From a virus: a DNA stretch of 44,990 bases. The position numbers were made by a program, and so were the translations under genes. Under the pieces are notes generated by a model. It saw nothing but the letters and a program-made list of their open reading frames with translations, did not search any database and was not told the DNA's origin. Positions 1 to 7,909 of the stretch are shown here, in pieces (positions within the stretch are counted from its first letter, which is position 1; each line of letters begins with the position of its first letter). The DNA lies in UHGV virus genome UHGV-0386548; one strand, given 5' to 3'.

Positions 1-51
1 ATCCCTCCGTTTCCGTACTATACCGTTGATATGACGGGCTTTCGAGAGAGT

Positions 52-71
52 AAGTGTCAAATAAGTGTCAA
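52..71. repeat. Direct repeat AAGTGTCAAATAAGTGTCAA (two GTGTCAA units 10 bp apart), the same motif as at 44881-44899; candidate integrase arm-type binding site
   Basis: Seen directly: GTGTCAAATAnGTGTCAA near both window ends, next to int. A related ACGTGTCTAAC lies at ~132-142. Confidence 0.4.
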
Positions 72-1117
72 GAGAATATTTCTCTGACACGTTGGCCTTG
101 CTCTTTTTTATGTTCTTCTAATAAATGTGAATACGTGTCTAACGTTTGTGATATAGTAGCGTGACCTAAACGTTTACTTATATACTCGATTGGTATTCCT
201 TTAGATAGTAAGTAAGATGTGTGCGTATGTCTGAGTGAATAGGGAGTTATATTATTATCGTTTAATCCTATCACTTCTTTAGCTTTTCTAAATGCTTTAC
301 TTACTGATGTATGACTAACCGAGAATAACTTGCCATCAATTCTACGCGGCATTTTAGCTAATTTTGAATTTATGTGCATGATATCTTTTGAATTAACTTC
401 TACATCACGTTTTGAATTCTTTGTTTTCGTTCCAGGCAAATGAATTATGCCATTCGCTTTGTTTAGATCTTTGTAAGTCATATTGATGACATCGCTATAT
501 CTTGCGCCAGTAATGCCTAATAGATATAGCAAAACATAACTTTCTTCATCTCTTTTCTTGAAATAATCTAGCAAGTTTAAATAGTCTTTTATCGTAATAA
601 ACTTAAATTTCTCATCTTTAGCTTTTTCAGTCCCTTTGATATTTACATTATAAGTAGGGTCTTTCTTCAAATAGCCATCGTATAACGCGTCTCTAATACA
701 TCTAGCAAGACAACCGTGAACTTTTCTTACTGTTTCATCAGTGTGACCTTGTGCGTATTGATTTAAAAACTTTTGATACTCACTACGTGTGATATTTTTA
801 ACTAACATATTTTCTCCGAAATACTCACTGAATAATTTAATCGATCTTTCATACCAGTAGAATTGTTTGCTAGATAACTGTTTCTTGTTCTTAATTTTTA
901 TCCAGTCATCGTAGTAGTCAATGAATTTTTTATTATCTTCAATGTTGTTGCCATCTTCTAAATCTCTAATAAATTGTTGTGCTGCGTTTGTAGCCTCAGC
1001 TTTTGTTTTAAATCCAGATTTACGTTTTTTGCCAGATTTCAAACTAGGGTGTTTAACATCATATTGCCATGATGAGCTTTTCTTATTTTTGCGTTTGGTT
1101 ACTGTAAATGTTGCCAT
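68..1117 (-). CDS. int: Tyrosine-type site-specific integrase (phage integrase)
   Basis: 349 aa. The C-terminal catalytic region has R...HTHTSYLL...GHATISQTLDTYSHL (R-H-R-Y tyrosine recombinase signature). It sits at the genome terminus, divergent from the rest of the genome. Confidence 0.93.
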   Translation of the reverse strand: MATFTVTKRKNKKSSSWQYDVKHPSLKSGKKRKSGFKTKAEATNAAQQFIRDLEDGNNIEDNKKFIDYYDDWIKIKNKKQLSSKQFYWYERSIKLFSEYFGENMLVKNITRSEYQKFLNQYAQGHTDETVRKVHGCLARCIRDALYDGYLKKDPTYNVNIKGTEKAKDEKFKFITIKDYLNLLDYFKKRDEESYVLLYLLGITGARYSDVINMTYKDLNKANGIIHLPGTKTKNSKRDVEVNSKDIMHINSKLAKMPRRIDGKLFSVSHTSVSKAFRKAKEVIGLNDNNITPYSLRHTHTSYLLSKGIPIEYISKRLGHATISQTLDTYSHLLEEHKKEQGQRVREIFS

Positions 1118-1140
1118 TTTCTGTGTTCCTCCTTAAAAAG

Positions 1141-1171
1141 GTAAAAAATAATAAGGGTAGGCGAGCTACCC
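1141..1171 (-). terminator. Rho-independent terminator for the minus-strand lipoprotein/cI transcript (GGGTAG-GCGAG-CTACCC)
   Basis: Perfect 6-bp GC-rich stem at 1155-1160 / 1166-1171. On the minus strand it is followed by the U-rich TTATTATTTTTTAC. It lies between the lipoprotein stop (1178) and the int start (1117). Confidence 0.6.
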
Positions 1172-1177
1172 GTAAAA

Positions 1178-1759
1178 TTATTCTGCTGGTGTATTTTGAA
1201 CTTCTTGTTGTCGTTTAGCCCAACTGTCGTAACCTTCATTTTTTCCTACCCAACCTGGACCACCTACATGTGCGTTTGGATTGTTCCAAACCTTTTCGCT
1301 TGCTTTACGAGCCTCCTCATACTCTGAACGTCCATATCCCATTTGTGACTCATCGTGTGTGGTAGGTTTTGTTCTATTCCATTCATCGATTTCAGCTTGC
1401 GACATATAACCGTTATTATTTTGTGGTTGTTGGTTATCGCTTTGTTGAGTGGTTTGCTTGCCTTGTATGCGTTCATTGTTTCCATTATTGCTTTGTGATT
1501 TACCATTATCGTTTTTAGATGTGCTTTCTGATTCGTTGTTAGTAGTGTCATCACTATTGTTTTTTGATTCAGATTGTTTCTCGTCTTTAGAATCAACTTT
1601 CTTATCATCTGATTTTTTATCTTTCTTTGGATCGTTAGATTTCTTATCTGATTTACTTTCCGACTTCTTATTATCATCCTTATTTGGTTTGTGTTCGTCT
1701 TGACCACATGCACCTAACACTAATAAACTTGCAAATATTAAAAATAGGACCTTTTTCAT
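1178..1759 (-). CDS. Prophage lipoprotein: signal peptide with lipobox LLVLGAC, long K/D/S/N-rich disordered linker, ~70-aa C-terminal domain
   Basis: N-terminus MKKVLFLIFASLLVLGACGQ (lipobox). Low-complexity region DKKSNDPKKDKKSDDKK. RBS AAAGGGGAAATGTAAA ATG. Same strand as cI. Confidence 0.7.
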   Translation of the reverse strand: MKKVLFLIFASLLVLGACGQDEHKPNKDDNKKSESKSDKKSNDPKKDKKSDDKKVDSKDEKQSESKNNSDDTTNNESESTSKNDNGKSQSNNGNNERIQGKQTTQQSDNQQPQNNNGYMSQAEIDEWNRTKPTTHDESQMGYGRSEYEEARKASEKVWNNPNAHVGGPGWVGKNEGYDSWAKRQQEVQNTPAE

Positions 1760-1782
1760 TTTACATTTCCCCTTTGTTATAT

Positions 1783-2346
1783 TTAATTGTTAGCTATATC
1801 ATCTGCAGCTGAATAATCTACAGTTTTTAATTTACTGACATCTATTTTCTTGTTGCCAAGTTTTTTACCTTCTGTTCCTTTAGTAGCTTTAAGTGTCACT
1901 TGCTTATCATTTTCTAATTCATAAGTGATAATACCTTTAGCAGTTTTACCTTTTTTAATTACATCGCCGTTATGTTTATCCCATTCTTCAAATTTACCAG
2001 TGTTTGGAGTAGGACCGACTTCAAGTTTACTTTCGGTGTTCTCACTATCTTGAACAGCCTCCATTGACGCTATCCATACATTCATTGGCGTTATTTGTTC
2101 GTTTCCATCTTTACTTTTAACTTCATATTTAAAGGCTAATAATTTCTTTCCGTTATCTAAATCTTTATCGTTTACCAAAAAAGTATCTTTTATTTTTAAA
2201 ACGGCTTGATCAAGGACTAAAGTATCGTTAGTGAACTGCACTTTATTTTCATCAACGGAAGTTGATTTTTTTGAGTTGTTATTGTTGTTACTACATGCCA
2301 CTAAAACTAAAAAACAAGATAATAAAATAAATAAAACTTTTTTCAT
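1783..2346 (-). CDS. Prophage lipoprotein (lipobox LVLVAC) with a beta-rich mature domain; paralogous leader to the upstream lipoprotein
   Basis: N-terminus MKKVLFILLSCFLVLVACSNNNN. The RBS plus first ~8 codons are near-identical to those of 1178..1759 (AGGrGAAATGTArA ATG AAA AAr GTy yTA TTT). It lies directly downstream of cI on the same strand. Confidence 0.7.
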   Translation of the reverse strand: MKKVLFILLSCFLVLVACSNNNNNSKKSTSVDENKVQFTNDTLVLDQAVLKIKDTFLVNDKDLDNGKKLLAFKYEVKSKDGNEQITPMNVWIASMEAVQDSENTESKLEVGPTPNTGKFEEWDKHNGDVIKKGKTAKGIITYELENDKQVTLKATKGTEGKKLGNKKIDVSKLKTVDYSAADDIANN

Positions 2347-2397
2347 TCTACATTTCTCCTTTAAATTAATTTATATTAAAGCGCCACTAGGACGCTA

Positions 2398-3036
2398 TTA
2401 ATCGAACTTTTGATAGTTATATATAACTTTACCGATAACTTCTATTTCGTTAGTATTTTCAATGTCATATGTATTTGTTTTGAATTCATCAAAATAGCTA
2501 ACTGGTTCTAAATGTAATTTGGTTTCCGTAAGTCTTACACGTTTTACTGTATATTCTCCACCTAATCGTAAAACTAAAATATCATTACTGTTTAATTTAT
2601 AATCTTGATTAATTCTATAGTCATGTACGATTATATACGAACCATTAGCAAGTATTTTATTCATGCTATCGCCGTTAACTTGTAAAGCTATACATTCGCT
2701 AGGTTTGCGACCACTGAAAACAAAAGATGGCGCTTTGAGAGTCTTATTATCAACCGTCATTTCTTCAAAGTTACCAGCAGAAACTTTACCATAATAAGGA
2801 ATATCAATTTCGTTATCGATTTCTGGGATTGTAGCTTCTTCGATTTCTCCTAATAGATATCCTTTTGAAACATGAAACAAACTAGAAATTTTCTCAATCA
2901 TACCCATTCTAGGTTCGTTTTTGCCGTTTTCCCACATTCTAATAGTACCTTCGGAAACATCTAATTTTTTTGCCATTTCAACTTTTGATAATCTATTGTT
3001 CAGTCTAATTTCTTTGATGGAATGTTTGAAAGCCAT
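2398..3036 (-). CDS. cI: cI-like prophage repressor, N-terminal XRE HTH plus C-terminal S24 (LexA-like) autopeptidase domain
   Basis: HTH LSKVEMAKKLDVSEGTIRMWENGKNEP. C-terminal VNGDSM (Ser nucleophile) and TVKRV (Lys) typical of S24 self-cleaving repressors. Divergent from cro. Confidence 0.92.
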   Translation of the reverse strand: MAFKHSIKEIRLNNRLSKVEMAKKLDVSEGTIRMWENGKNEPRMGMIEKISSLFHVSKGYLLGEIEEATIPEIDNEIDIPYYGKVSAGNFEEMTVDNKTLKAPSFVFSGRKPSECIALQVNGDSMNKILANGSYIIVHDYRINQDYKLNSNDILVLRLGGEYTVKRVRLTETKLHLEPVSYFDEFKTNTYDIENTNEIEVIGKVIYNYQKFD

Positions 3037-3078
3037 TTTAATTACCTTCCTTATATATATGATGTTTTGACACTTATT

Positions 3079-3106
3079 ATTATACTATGAAAAATCGTAA
3101 TTGCAA
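3079..3106 (-). promoter_or_regulatory. Putative sigma-A promoter for cI (minus strand): -35 TTGCAA (3101-3106), 16-nt spacer, -10 TATAAT (reverse complement of 3079-3084)
   Basis: Read directly from the sequence. TTGCAA is self-complementary, so the cI and cro -35 hexamers are the same word. Flanked by TCGTA/TACGA repeats. Confidence 0.55.
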
Positions 3107-3146
3107 CATCTAAAATACGATTTATTAAATTAAAGTTACGCATTTT

Positions 3147-3198
3147 TTAAAATAAATTACGAAAAATACTTGCAATCGTATTTATAATTCGATATACT
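3147..3198 (+). promoter_or_regulatory. Putative cro promoter (-35 TTGCAA 3170-3175, 17-nt spacer, -10 TATACT 3193-3198), overlapped by the inverted repeat TTACGA-N(13-15)-TCGTA (candidate operator)
   Basis: Near-consensus hexamers with 17-bp spacing upstream of the cro RBS AAGGAGG. TACGA/TCGTA half-sites at 3095-3099, 3116-3120, 3148-3152 and 3176-3180. Confidence 0.55.
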
Positions 3199-3228
3199 CT
3201 AATCAGAGCTTAACAAGGAGGTAAAAAA

Positions 3229-3489
3229 ATGAATCACATAAAACAAAACTTGAAGTTAGATGAATGGCGAAAAAGAAAAGGTTATACTCAATCATCTTTC
3301 GCTTATAAATTAGGAATTTCTCCATCAACTTATAACATTTGGGAGAATAATCCAGAAATCATCAAACCTAAAGACGCATTTAAAATTGCAAAAGTTTTAG
3401 AAGTCTCTATCGACGAGATTATTTTTTTAAAAGATGAATCGTATTTTAAATACGTTTTAGTCGAAGAAAAACAACACCAAACAATTTAA
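3229..3489 (+). CDS. cro: Cro-like XRE-family HTH regulator
   Basis: 86 aa. HTH YTQSSFAYKLGISPSTYNIWENN. It is the first gene of the rightward early operon, divergent from cI. Confidence 0.85.
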   Translation: MNHIKQNLKLDEWRKRKGYTQSSFAYKLGISPSTYNIWENNPEIIKPKDAFKIAKVLEVSIDEIIFLKDESYFKYVLVEEKQHQTI

Positions 3490-3504
3490 TAAGGAGGAAA
3501 TCAA

Positions 3505-4218
3505 ATGCGAGATTTACAAGTATTTAATTTCGAAGAATTACCAGTAAGAACATTAACAGTAAACGAGGAACCATGTTTTGTAGGGAAAGATGTTGCAGAC
3601 ATTTTAGGTTACAAAAGAACGGCAGACGCAATCAGAGAACATGTTGATGCTGAAGATAAAGGGGTCGGTAAAATACAGACACCTGGAGGAATGCAAAATG
3701 TAACGCTAATAAATGAATCAGGATTATATAGTTTAATCTTCTCATCAAAATTAGAATCAGCTAAACGTTTCAAACGTTGGGTGACATCAGAAGTTTTACC
3801 GACTTTAAGAAAGACTGGAACTTACCAAGTGCCAAGCGATCCAATGCAAGCACTCAAGTTGATGTTTAAAGCGACGGAACAAACTAAAGAAGAAATTGCG
3901 ACAGTGAAAGCAGATGTTATCGATTTGAAAGAAAACCAAAAGTTAGACACAGGAGATTACAACTTATTGTCTAGAACGATTAATCAACGAGTTGCTCACA
4001 TTCAAAAGATACATGCAATAACAAATCAAAAACAACGCAGTGAATTATTCCGAGACATCAATTCAGAAGTCAAAAAGATGACAGGCGCAACATCAAGAAC
4101 AAATGTAAGACAAAAACACTTTGATGATGTTTTATCAATGGTTGCTAACTGGTTCCCGTCACAAGCGACATTATACAAAATAAAGCAACTAGAAATGGAC
4201 TTTGAAAACGAAGTATAA
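3505..4218 (+). CDS. ant: Phage antirepressor (Bro-N N-terminal domain plus KilA-C/Ant-like C-terminus)
   Basis: N-terminus MRDLQVFNFEELPVRTLTVNEEPCFVGKDVADILGY matches the Bro-N fold pattern. It sits immediately after cro. Confidence 0.82.
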   Translation: MRDLQVFNFEELPVRTLTVNEEPCFVGKDVADILGYKRTADAIREHVDAEDKGVGKIQTPGGMQNVTLINESGLYSLIFSSKLESAKRFKRWVTSEVLPTLRKTGTYQVPSDPMQALKLMFKATEQTKEEIATVKADVIDLKENQKLDTGDYNLLSRTINQRVAHIQKIHAITNQKQRSELFRDINSEVKKMTGATSRTNVRQKHFDDVLSMVANWFPSQATLYKIKQLEMDFENEV

Positions 4219-4221
4219 GGA

Positions 4222-4440
4222 GTGATAGCAATGGAATACATTGGGTTCGCAGACGCCAAAGAATTCGTAAAAGTAAGTGGCATTTCTAAAAATGATTTAG
4301 AAAAGCACGTTTATAGCAACAAAGAATTTCAAGAACAATGTATGTACCGATTTGGTAAGAATCATAAACGTTACATCAAGATTAGACCAGCAATTGACTT
4401 TATAGAACAAAATTTAATGATGTCAGAAACGGCACTTTAG
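4222..4440 (+). CDS. Small hypothetical early protein; weak resemblance to Xis/Tn916-Xis-like small DNA-binding proteins
   Basis: 72 aa with a basic C-terminal half (KRYIKIRPAIDFIEQNL). RBS AAGGAGTG. Assignment is speculative. Confidence 0.45.
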   Translation: MIAMEYIGFADAKEFVKVSGISKNDLEKHVYSNKEFQEQCMYRFGKNHKRYIKIRPAIDFIEQNLMMSETAL

Positions 4441-4455
4441 AGGAGGCCAAACAAA

Positions 4456-4605
4456 ATGAACAAGCTACAACTCATTAAAATAGCACTCCTAACAGCGCTT
4501 TTGGTAGAGGAAGTTAGGAATGCTATGGGAAATGAAACGATCGAATTAATCACTAAAAAAGTTAATCAAGCAAACGCCGATAACGCGGAAAAGCACTTAT
4601 TCTAG
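4456..4605 (+). CDS. Small ORF (49 aa) with a strong RBS, absent from the ORF track because it is under 60 aa
   Basis: AGGAGG at 4441-4446, 9 nt upstream of ATG 4456. Translates MNKLQLIKIALLTALLVEEVRNAMGNETIELITKK... It fills an otherwise empty gap. Confidence 0.35.
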   Translation: MNKLQLIKIALLTALLVEEVRNAMGNETIELITKKVNQANADNAEKHLF

Positions 4606-4670
4606 CAGCAAGATGAAACAGTTTCTTGAGGATAATTTCAAAAACATATTTGGATAGGAAGGTGTAAAAG

Positions 4671-4847
4671 ATGAAATATCTATTAAGTTATATGACGATG
4701 TTCATCGCAATGATTATCACATTACTTTTAGGAGGTGGTTTCTTTACGGTAATAGCATTTTCAATGTTAACACTTATTTTTAGCACATTCTTTTGGGAAC
4801 AGTGGTTGAAAGTAATAAAAAAGACTGAAAGACGCGCCAACGCCTAA
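4671..4847 (+). CDS. Small hydrophobic membrane peptide (58 aa, two predicted TM helices)
   Basis: ATG 4671 preceded by GGAAGGTG. Translates MKYLLSYMTMFIAMIITLLLGGGFFTVIAFSMLTLIFSTFFWEQWLKVIKKTERRANA. Confidence 0.45.
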   Translation: MKYLLSYMTMFIAMIITLLLGGGFFTVIAFSMLTLIFSTFFWEQWLKVIKKTERRANA

Positions 4848-4908
4848 CAGTCAGAATTTAATCAAAATATACAACTTAATTTAATCAAAATATACGGAGG
4901 TAGTCAAT

Positions 4909-5160
4909 ATGAAACATAAACTTTTAAAAATAGCCAATGATTTAAATAAATTAATTTTGCATAGTGATAAAGAAGTGAAAGCAGAATTTCAAAAATATTA
5001 TGAGGGGGAAGTTGGTATCACCTTTTGGCACTACTCTAAAAAATATGAAAGTAACTGTAATCATCTAAGTTTCTACGAATTTCACACAGATGAAGAATTA
5101 CAAAAATATTTTGAATTAGCAAAAGAAGTTATTGCAGGGGAGTGTTTTATTGATGAGTAA
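4909..5160 (+). CDS. Hypothetical early protein
   Basis: 83 aa. RBS GGAGG upstream. The next gene's start overlaps its stop. Confidence 0.55.
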   Translation: MKHKLLKIANDLNKLILHSDKEVKAEFQKYYEGEVGITFWHYSKKYESNCNHLSFYEFHTDEELQKYFELAKEVIAGECFIDE

Positions 5161-5638
5161 TTTATTCGAATTAAAAGATAGTTACCAACAAGTTTACGAC
5201 CTTATTGCAGAACAAGAAGACGAACAAATTTTAAAAGACACTTTATCAAGTATTAATGACGCTATCGAAGATAAAGCAGATGGATATGTAGCAGTCATTA
5301 AGTCTTTAGAAGCAGATAACAATGCTATAGACGAAGAAATAAAACGATTAAGACAACGTAAAACTTCTAACCAAAACGGTGTCAAACGTTTAAAAGAAAG
5401 TTTACAGGAAGTCATGGAACAAACTGGAAAAGAGAAGTTCAAAACTGCGCTTAATTCGTACAGCATTGCTAACAACCCACCTAGCTTAGATGTCACAGAT
5501 GAAAGTTTAATACCTAAACAATATTACGTCGAACAAGAACCTAAGCTAGATAAAAAAGAGTTGTTGAAAGCTGTTAAAGGTGGTTTAGAACTCAAAGGAG
5601 TAGAACTAAAACAAAATAGAAGTTTGAGGGTGAGATAA
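5154..5638 (+). CDS. Coiled-coil early protein, Siphovirus Gp157-like (often precedes the recombinase)
   Basis: Likely start MSNLFELKD at 5154 (ATG overlapping the previous stop). Acidic and coiled-coil. Position immediately upstream of the Sak4-like gene. Confidence 0.5.
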
Positions 5639-6415
5639 ATGGCAGAAGAAAAACAAGAACAGGATATCCTAACTCAACTTGGAGTAAAAGACATCAGCAA
5701 GCAAAATGCTAATAAATTTTACAAATTTGCCATATACGGAAAATTCGGTACAGGTAAAACAACTTTTTTAACTAAAGACAATAACGCACTTGTGCTCGAC
5801 ATTAATGAAGACGGAACAACAGTTACAGAAGATGGCGCAGTAGTACAAATAAAAAACTACAAACACTTTGCTTATGTAATAAAAATGTTGCCTCAAGTAA
5901 TTGAGAAGCTAAGAGAAAACGGAAAGCAAATAGATGTAGTAGTGATTGAAACAATACAGAAACTGCGCGATATCACTATTGACGACATCATGAATGGTAA
6001 GACTAAGAAACCGACATTTAATGATTGGGGAGAATGTGCTACACGTATTGTTCATATGTATAGATATGTCTCTAAGTTACAAGAACAATATCAATTCCAT
6101 TTAGCGATAAGTGGTCATGAAGGTATCAACAAAGATAAAGACGATGAAGGCAGCACGATTAATCCCACTATCACGATTGAGGCACAAGATCAAATAAGAA
6201 AAGCAGTTGTAAGTCAATCAGATGTTTTAGCAAGAATGACAATTGAAGAGCATGAGGAGAACGGACAAAAGTCATATGAGTATGTGCTTAACGCTGAACC
6301 CTCTAATTTATTTGAAACCAAAATAAGACATGCAAGCAATATAACAATTAACAATAAGAAATTTGTAAACCCTAGCATTACGGACGTAGTACAAGCAATC
6401 AGAAATGGAAATTAA
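5639..6415 (+). CDS. sak4: RecA-fold ATPase, Sak4-like single-strand annealing/recombination protein
   Basis: Walker A YGKFGTGKTT. Size ~258 aa. Followed by an SSB-like gene, as in Sak4-ssb pairs of staphylococcal phages. Confidence 0.72.
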   Translation: MAEEKQEQDILTQLGVKDISKQNANKFYKFAIYGKFGTGKTTFLTKDNNALVLDINEDGTTVTEDGAVVQIKNYKHFAYVIKMLPQVIEKLRENGKQIDVVVIETIQKLRDITIDDIMNGKTKKPTFNDWGECATRIVHMYRYVSKLQEQYQFHLAISGHEGINKDKDDEGSTINPTITIEAQDQIRKAVVSQSDVLARMTIEEHEENGQKSYEYVLNAEPSNLFETKIRHASNITINNKKFVNPSITDVVQAIRNGN

Positions 6416-6443
6416 AAATAACTAATAAGGACGGTATAAAATT

Positions 6444-6998
6444 ATGAAGATTACAGGACAAGCGCAACACACTAAAGAAACTAATCAAGAGGCATTTATG
6501 AAAGGCGGAGACTTCTTAGGAGCAGGAGAATTCACAGTTAAAGTAAAAGATGTTGAATTTAATGACAAAGAAGGAAGATATTTCACTATCGTATTTGAAA
6601 ATAACGAAGGTAAACAATACAAACACAATCAATTTGTACCACCATTCCAACAAGACTTCCAAGAAAGACAATATATCGAATTATTAAGTAGACTAGGAAT
6701 TCAACTTAATTTGCCTGATTTAACTTTCGATACAGACAGATTAATTAACAAAATGGGAACAATCGTACTTAAAAATAAGTTTAACGAAGATCAAGGAAAG
6801 TATTTCGTCAGATTATCTTTTGTAAAAGTTTGGAACAAAGGTGACGAAATCGTAAATAAACCCGAACCTAAAACTGATGAAATGAAACAACGTGAGCAAC
6901 AAGCCAACGGACAGCAAACGCCAATGACAAAACAAGATAACCCGTTTGCAAATGCTAATGGACCGATTGATATTAGTAATGATGACTTACCTTTCTAG
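6444..6998 (+). CDS. ssb: Phage single-strand DNA-binding protein (non-canonical N-terminus, canonical acidic C-terminal tail ...NDDLPF)
   Basis: The C-terminal DDLPF protein-interaction tip is characteristic of bacterial and phage SSBs. A Gln/Pro-rich linker precedes it. Confidence 0.68.
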   Translation: MKITGQAQHTKETNQEAFMKGGDFLGAGEFTVKVKDVEFNDKEGRYFTIVFENNEGKQYKHNQFVPPFQQDFQERQYIELLSRLGIQLNLPDLTFDTDRLINKMGTIVLKNKFNEDQGKYFVRLSFVKVWNKGDEIVNKPEPKTDEMKQREQQANGQQTPMTKQDNPFANANGPIDISNDDLPF

Positions 6999-7009
6999 GA
7001 AGTGATTAA

Positions 7010-7696
7010 ATGCAACACATTACAAGATACCAGCGAGATAACGACGGTACTTATTCCGTCGTTGCGACTGGTGTTGAATTAGAACAAAGTCATATTGACT
7101 TATTAGAAAATGGTTACTCACTCATTGCAGAAGTTGAAGTACCTGATAACAAAAAATTATCAATAGAACAACGTAAAAAGATTTTTGCATTATGTAGAGA
7201 TATTGAGTTGCACTGGGGAGAACCTGTGGAATCGCTAAGGAAAAGGTTTCAATCAGAACTCGAAATTATGAACGGTTACGATGAAATAAGTTTACGTGAC
7301 TGTTCAATGAGAGTGGCAAGAGAATTGATAGAACTGATTATCGCTTTTATGTTCCATCATCAAATACCAATGAGAGTAGAAACAAGTAAGTTATTAAGTG
7401 GGGACAAATCAATGTTGTATTGGGCAACGGTCAATCGAAACTGTGTACTATGCGGGGAATCAAATGCCGACCTTGCACATCACTACGCAATAGGTCGTGG
7501 TGCTAACCGTAAGAAGATGCAGCATTACGATTATGAAGTGTTGGCTTTATGCAGATTCCACCACCAAGAACAGCACAACATAGGCGTTAAGTCTTTTGAC
7601 GAAAAATATATCTTACAAGATAGCTGGATAAAAGTTGATGATCGTTTAAACGCTATGTTGAAAGGAGTTAAAAATGAATTCGAGAGTAATAACTAA
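7010..7696 (+). CDS. Zinc-finger HNH-like nuclease-fold protein (possible Rap/NinG-type recombination nuclease)
   Basis: C-terminal motif CVLCGESNADLAHHYAIGRG...LALCRFHHQEQH (C-x2-C...HH...C...HH). Located in the recombination module. Confidence 0.45.
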   Translation: MQHITRYQRDNDGTYSVVATGVELEQSHIDLLENGYSLIAEVEVPDNKKLSIEQRKKIFALCRDIELHWGEPVESLRKRFQSELEIMNGYDEISLRDCSMRVARELIELIIAFMFHHQIPMRVETSKLLSGDKSMLYWATVNRNCVLCGESNADLAHHYAIGRGANRKKMQHYDYEVLALCRFHHQEQHNIGVKSFDEKYILQDSWIKVDDRLNAMLKGVKNEFESNN

Positions 7697-7904
7697 AGAA
7701 AACAAGAAAGAAATAGCTCATAGAATCAAGCAAATAAGATTACAAAGAGATTTTGATATAAACGAATTCGCTTCAATCTTATATGTTTCTCCTTTCTGTA
7801 TAAAACAATGGGAAGAAGGCAAAAGAATTCCCAATCTTGAGAAAATAAAATTGATAGCATTCGTTTTCAAGACAACACCTGAATGGCTATTGTACGGGGA
7901 GTGA
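7674..7904 (+). CDS. XRE-family HTH transcriptional regulator
   Basis: IKQIRLQRDFDINEFASILYVSPFCIKQWEEGKRIPNLEKI is a helix-turn-helix. Confidence 0.7.
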   Translation: MNSRVITKENKKEIAHRIKQIRLQRDFDINEFASILYVSPFCIKQWEEGKRIPNLEKIKLIAFVFKTTPEWLLYGE

Positions 7905-7909
7905 GAAAG

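Noticed and set aside
921-1136. 71-aa + strand ORF overlapping the integrase gene
   Set aside because: Entirely antisense to a well-supported integrase CDS. No RBS. Composition typical of a spurious antisense frame.
1264-1713. 149-aa (-) and 84-aa (+) alternative-frame ORFs inside the lipoprotein gene
   Set aside because: They arise from the low-complexity K/D/S repeat region, which keeps several frames open by chance. The frame with the signal peptide and lipobox is the credible one.
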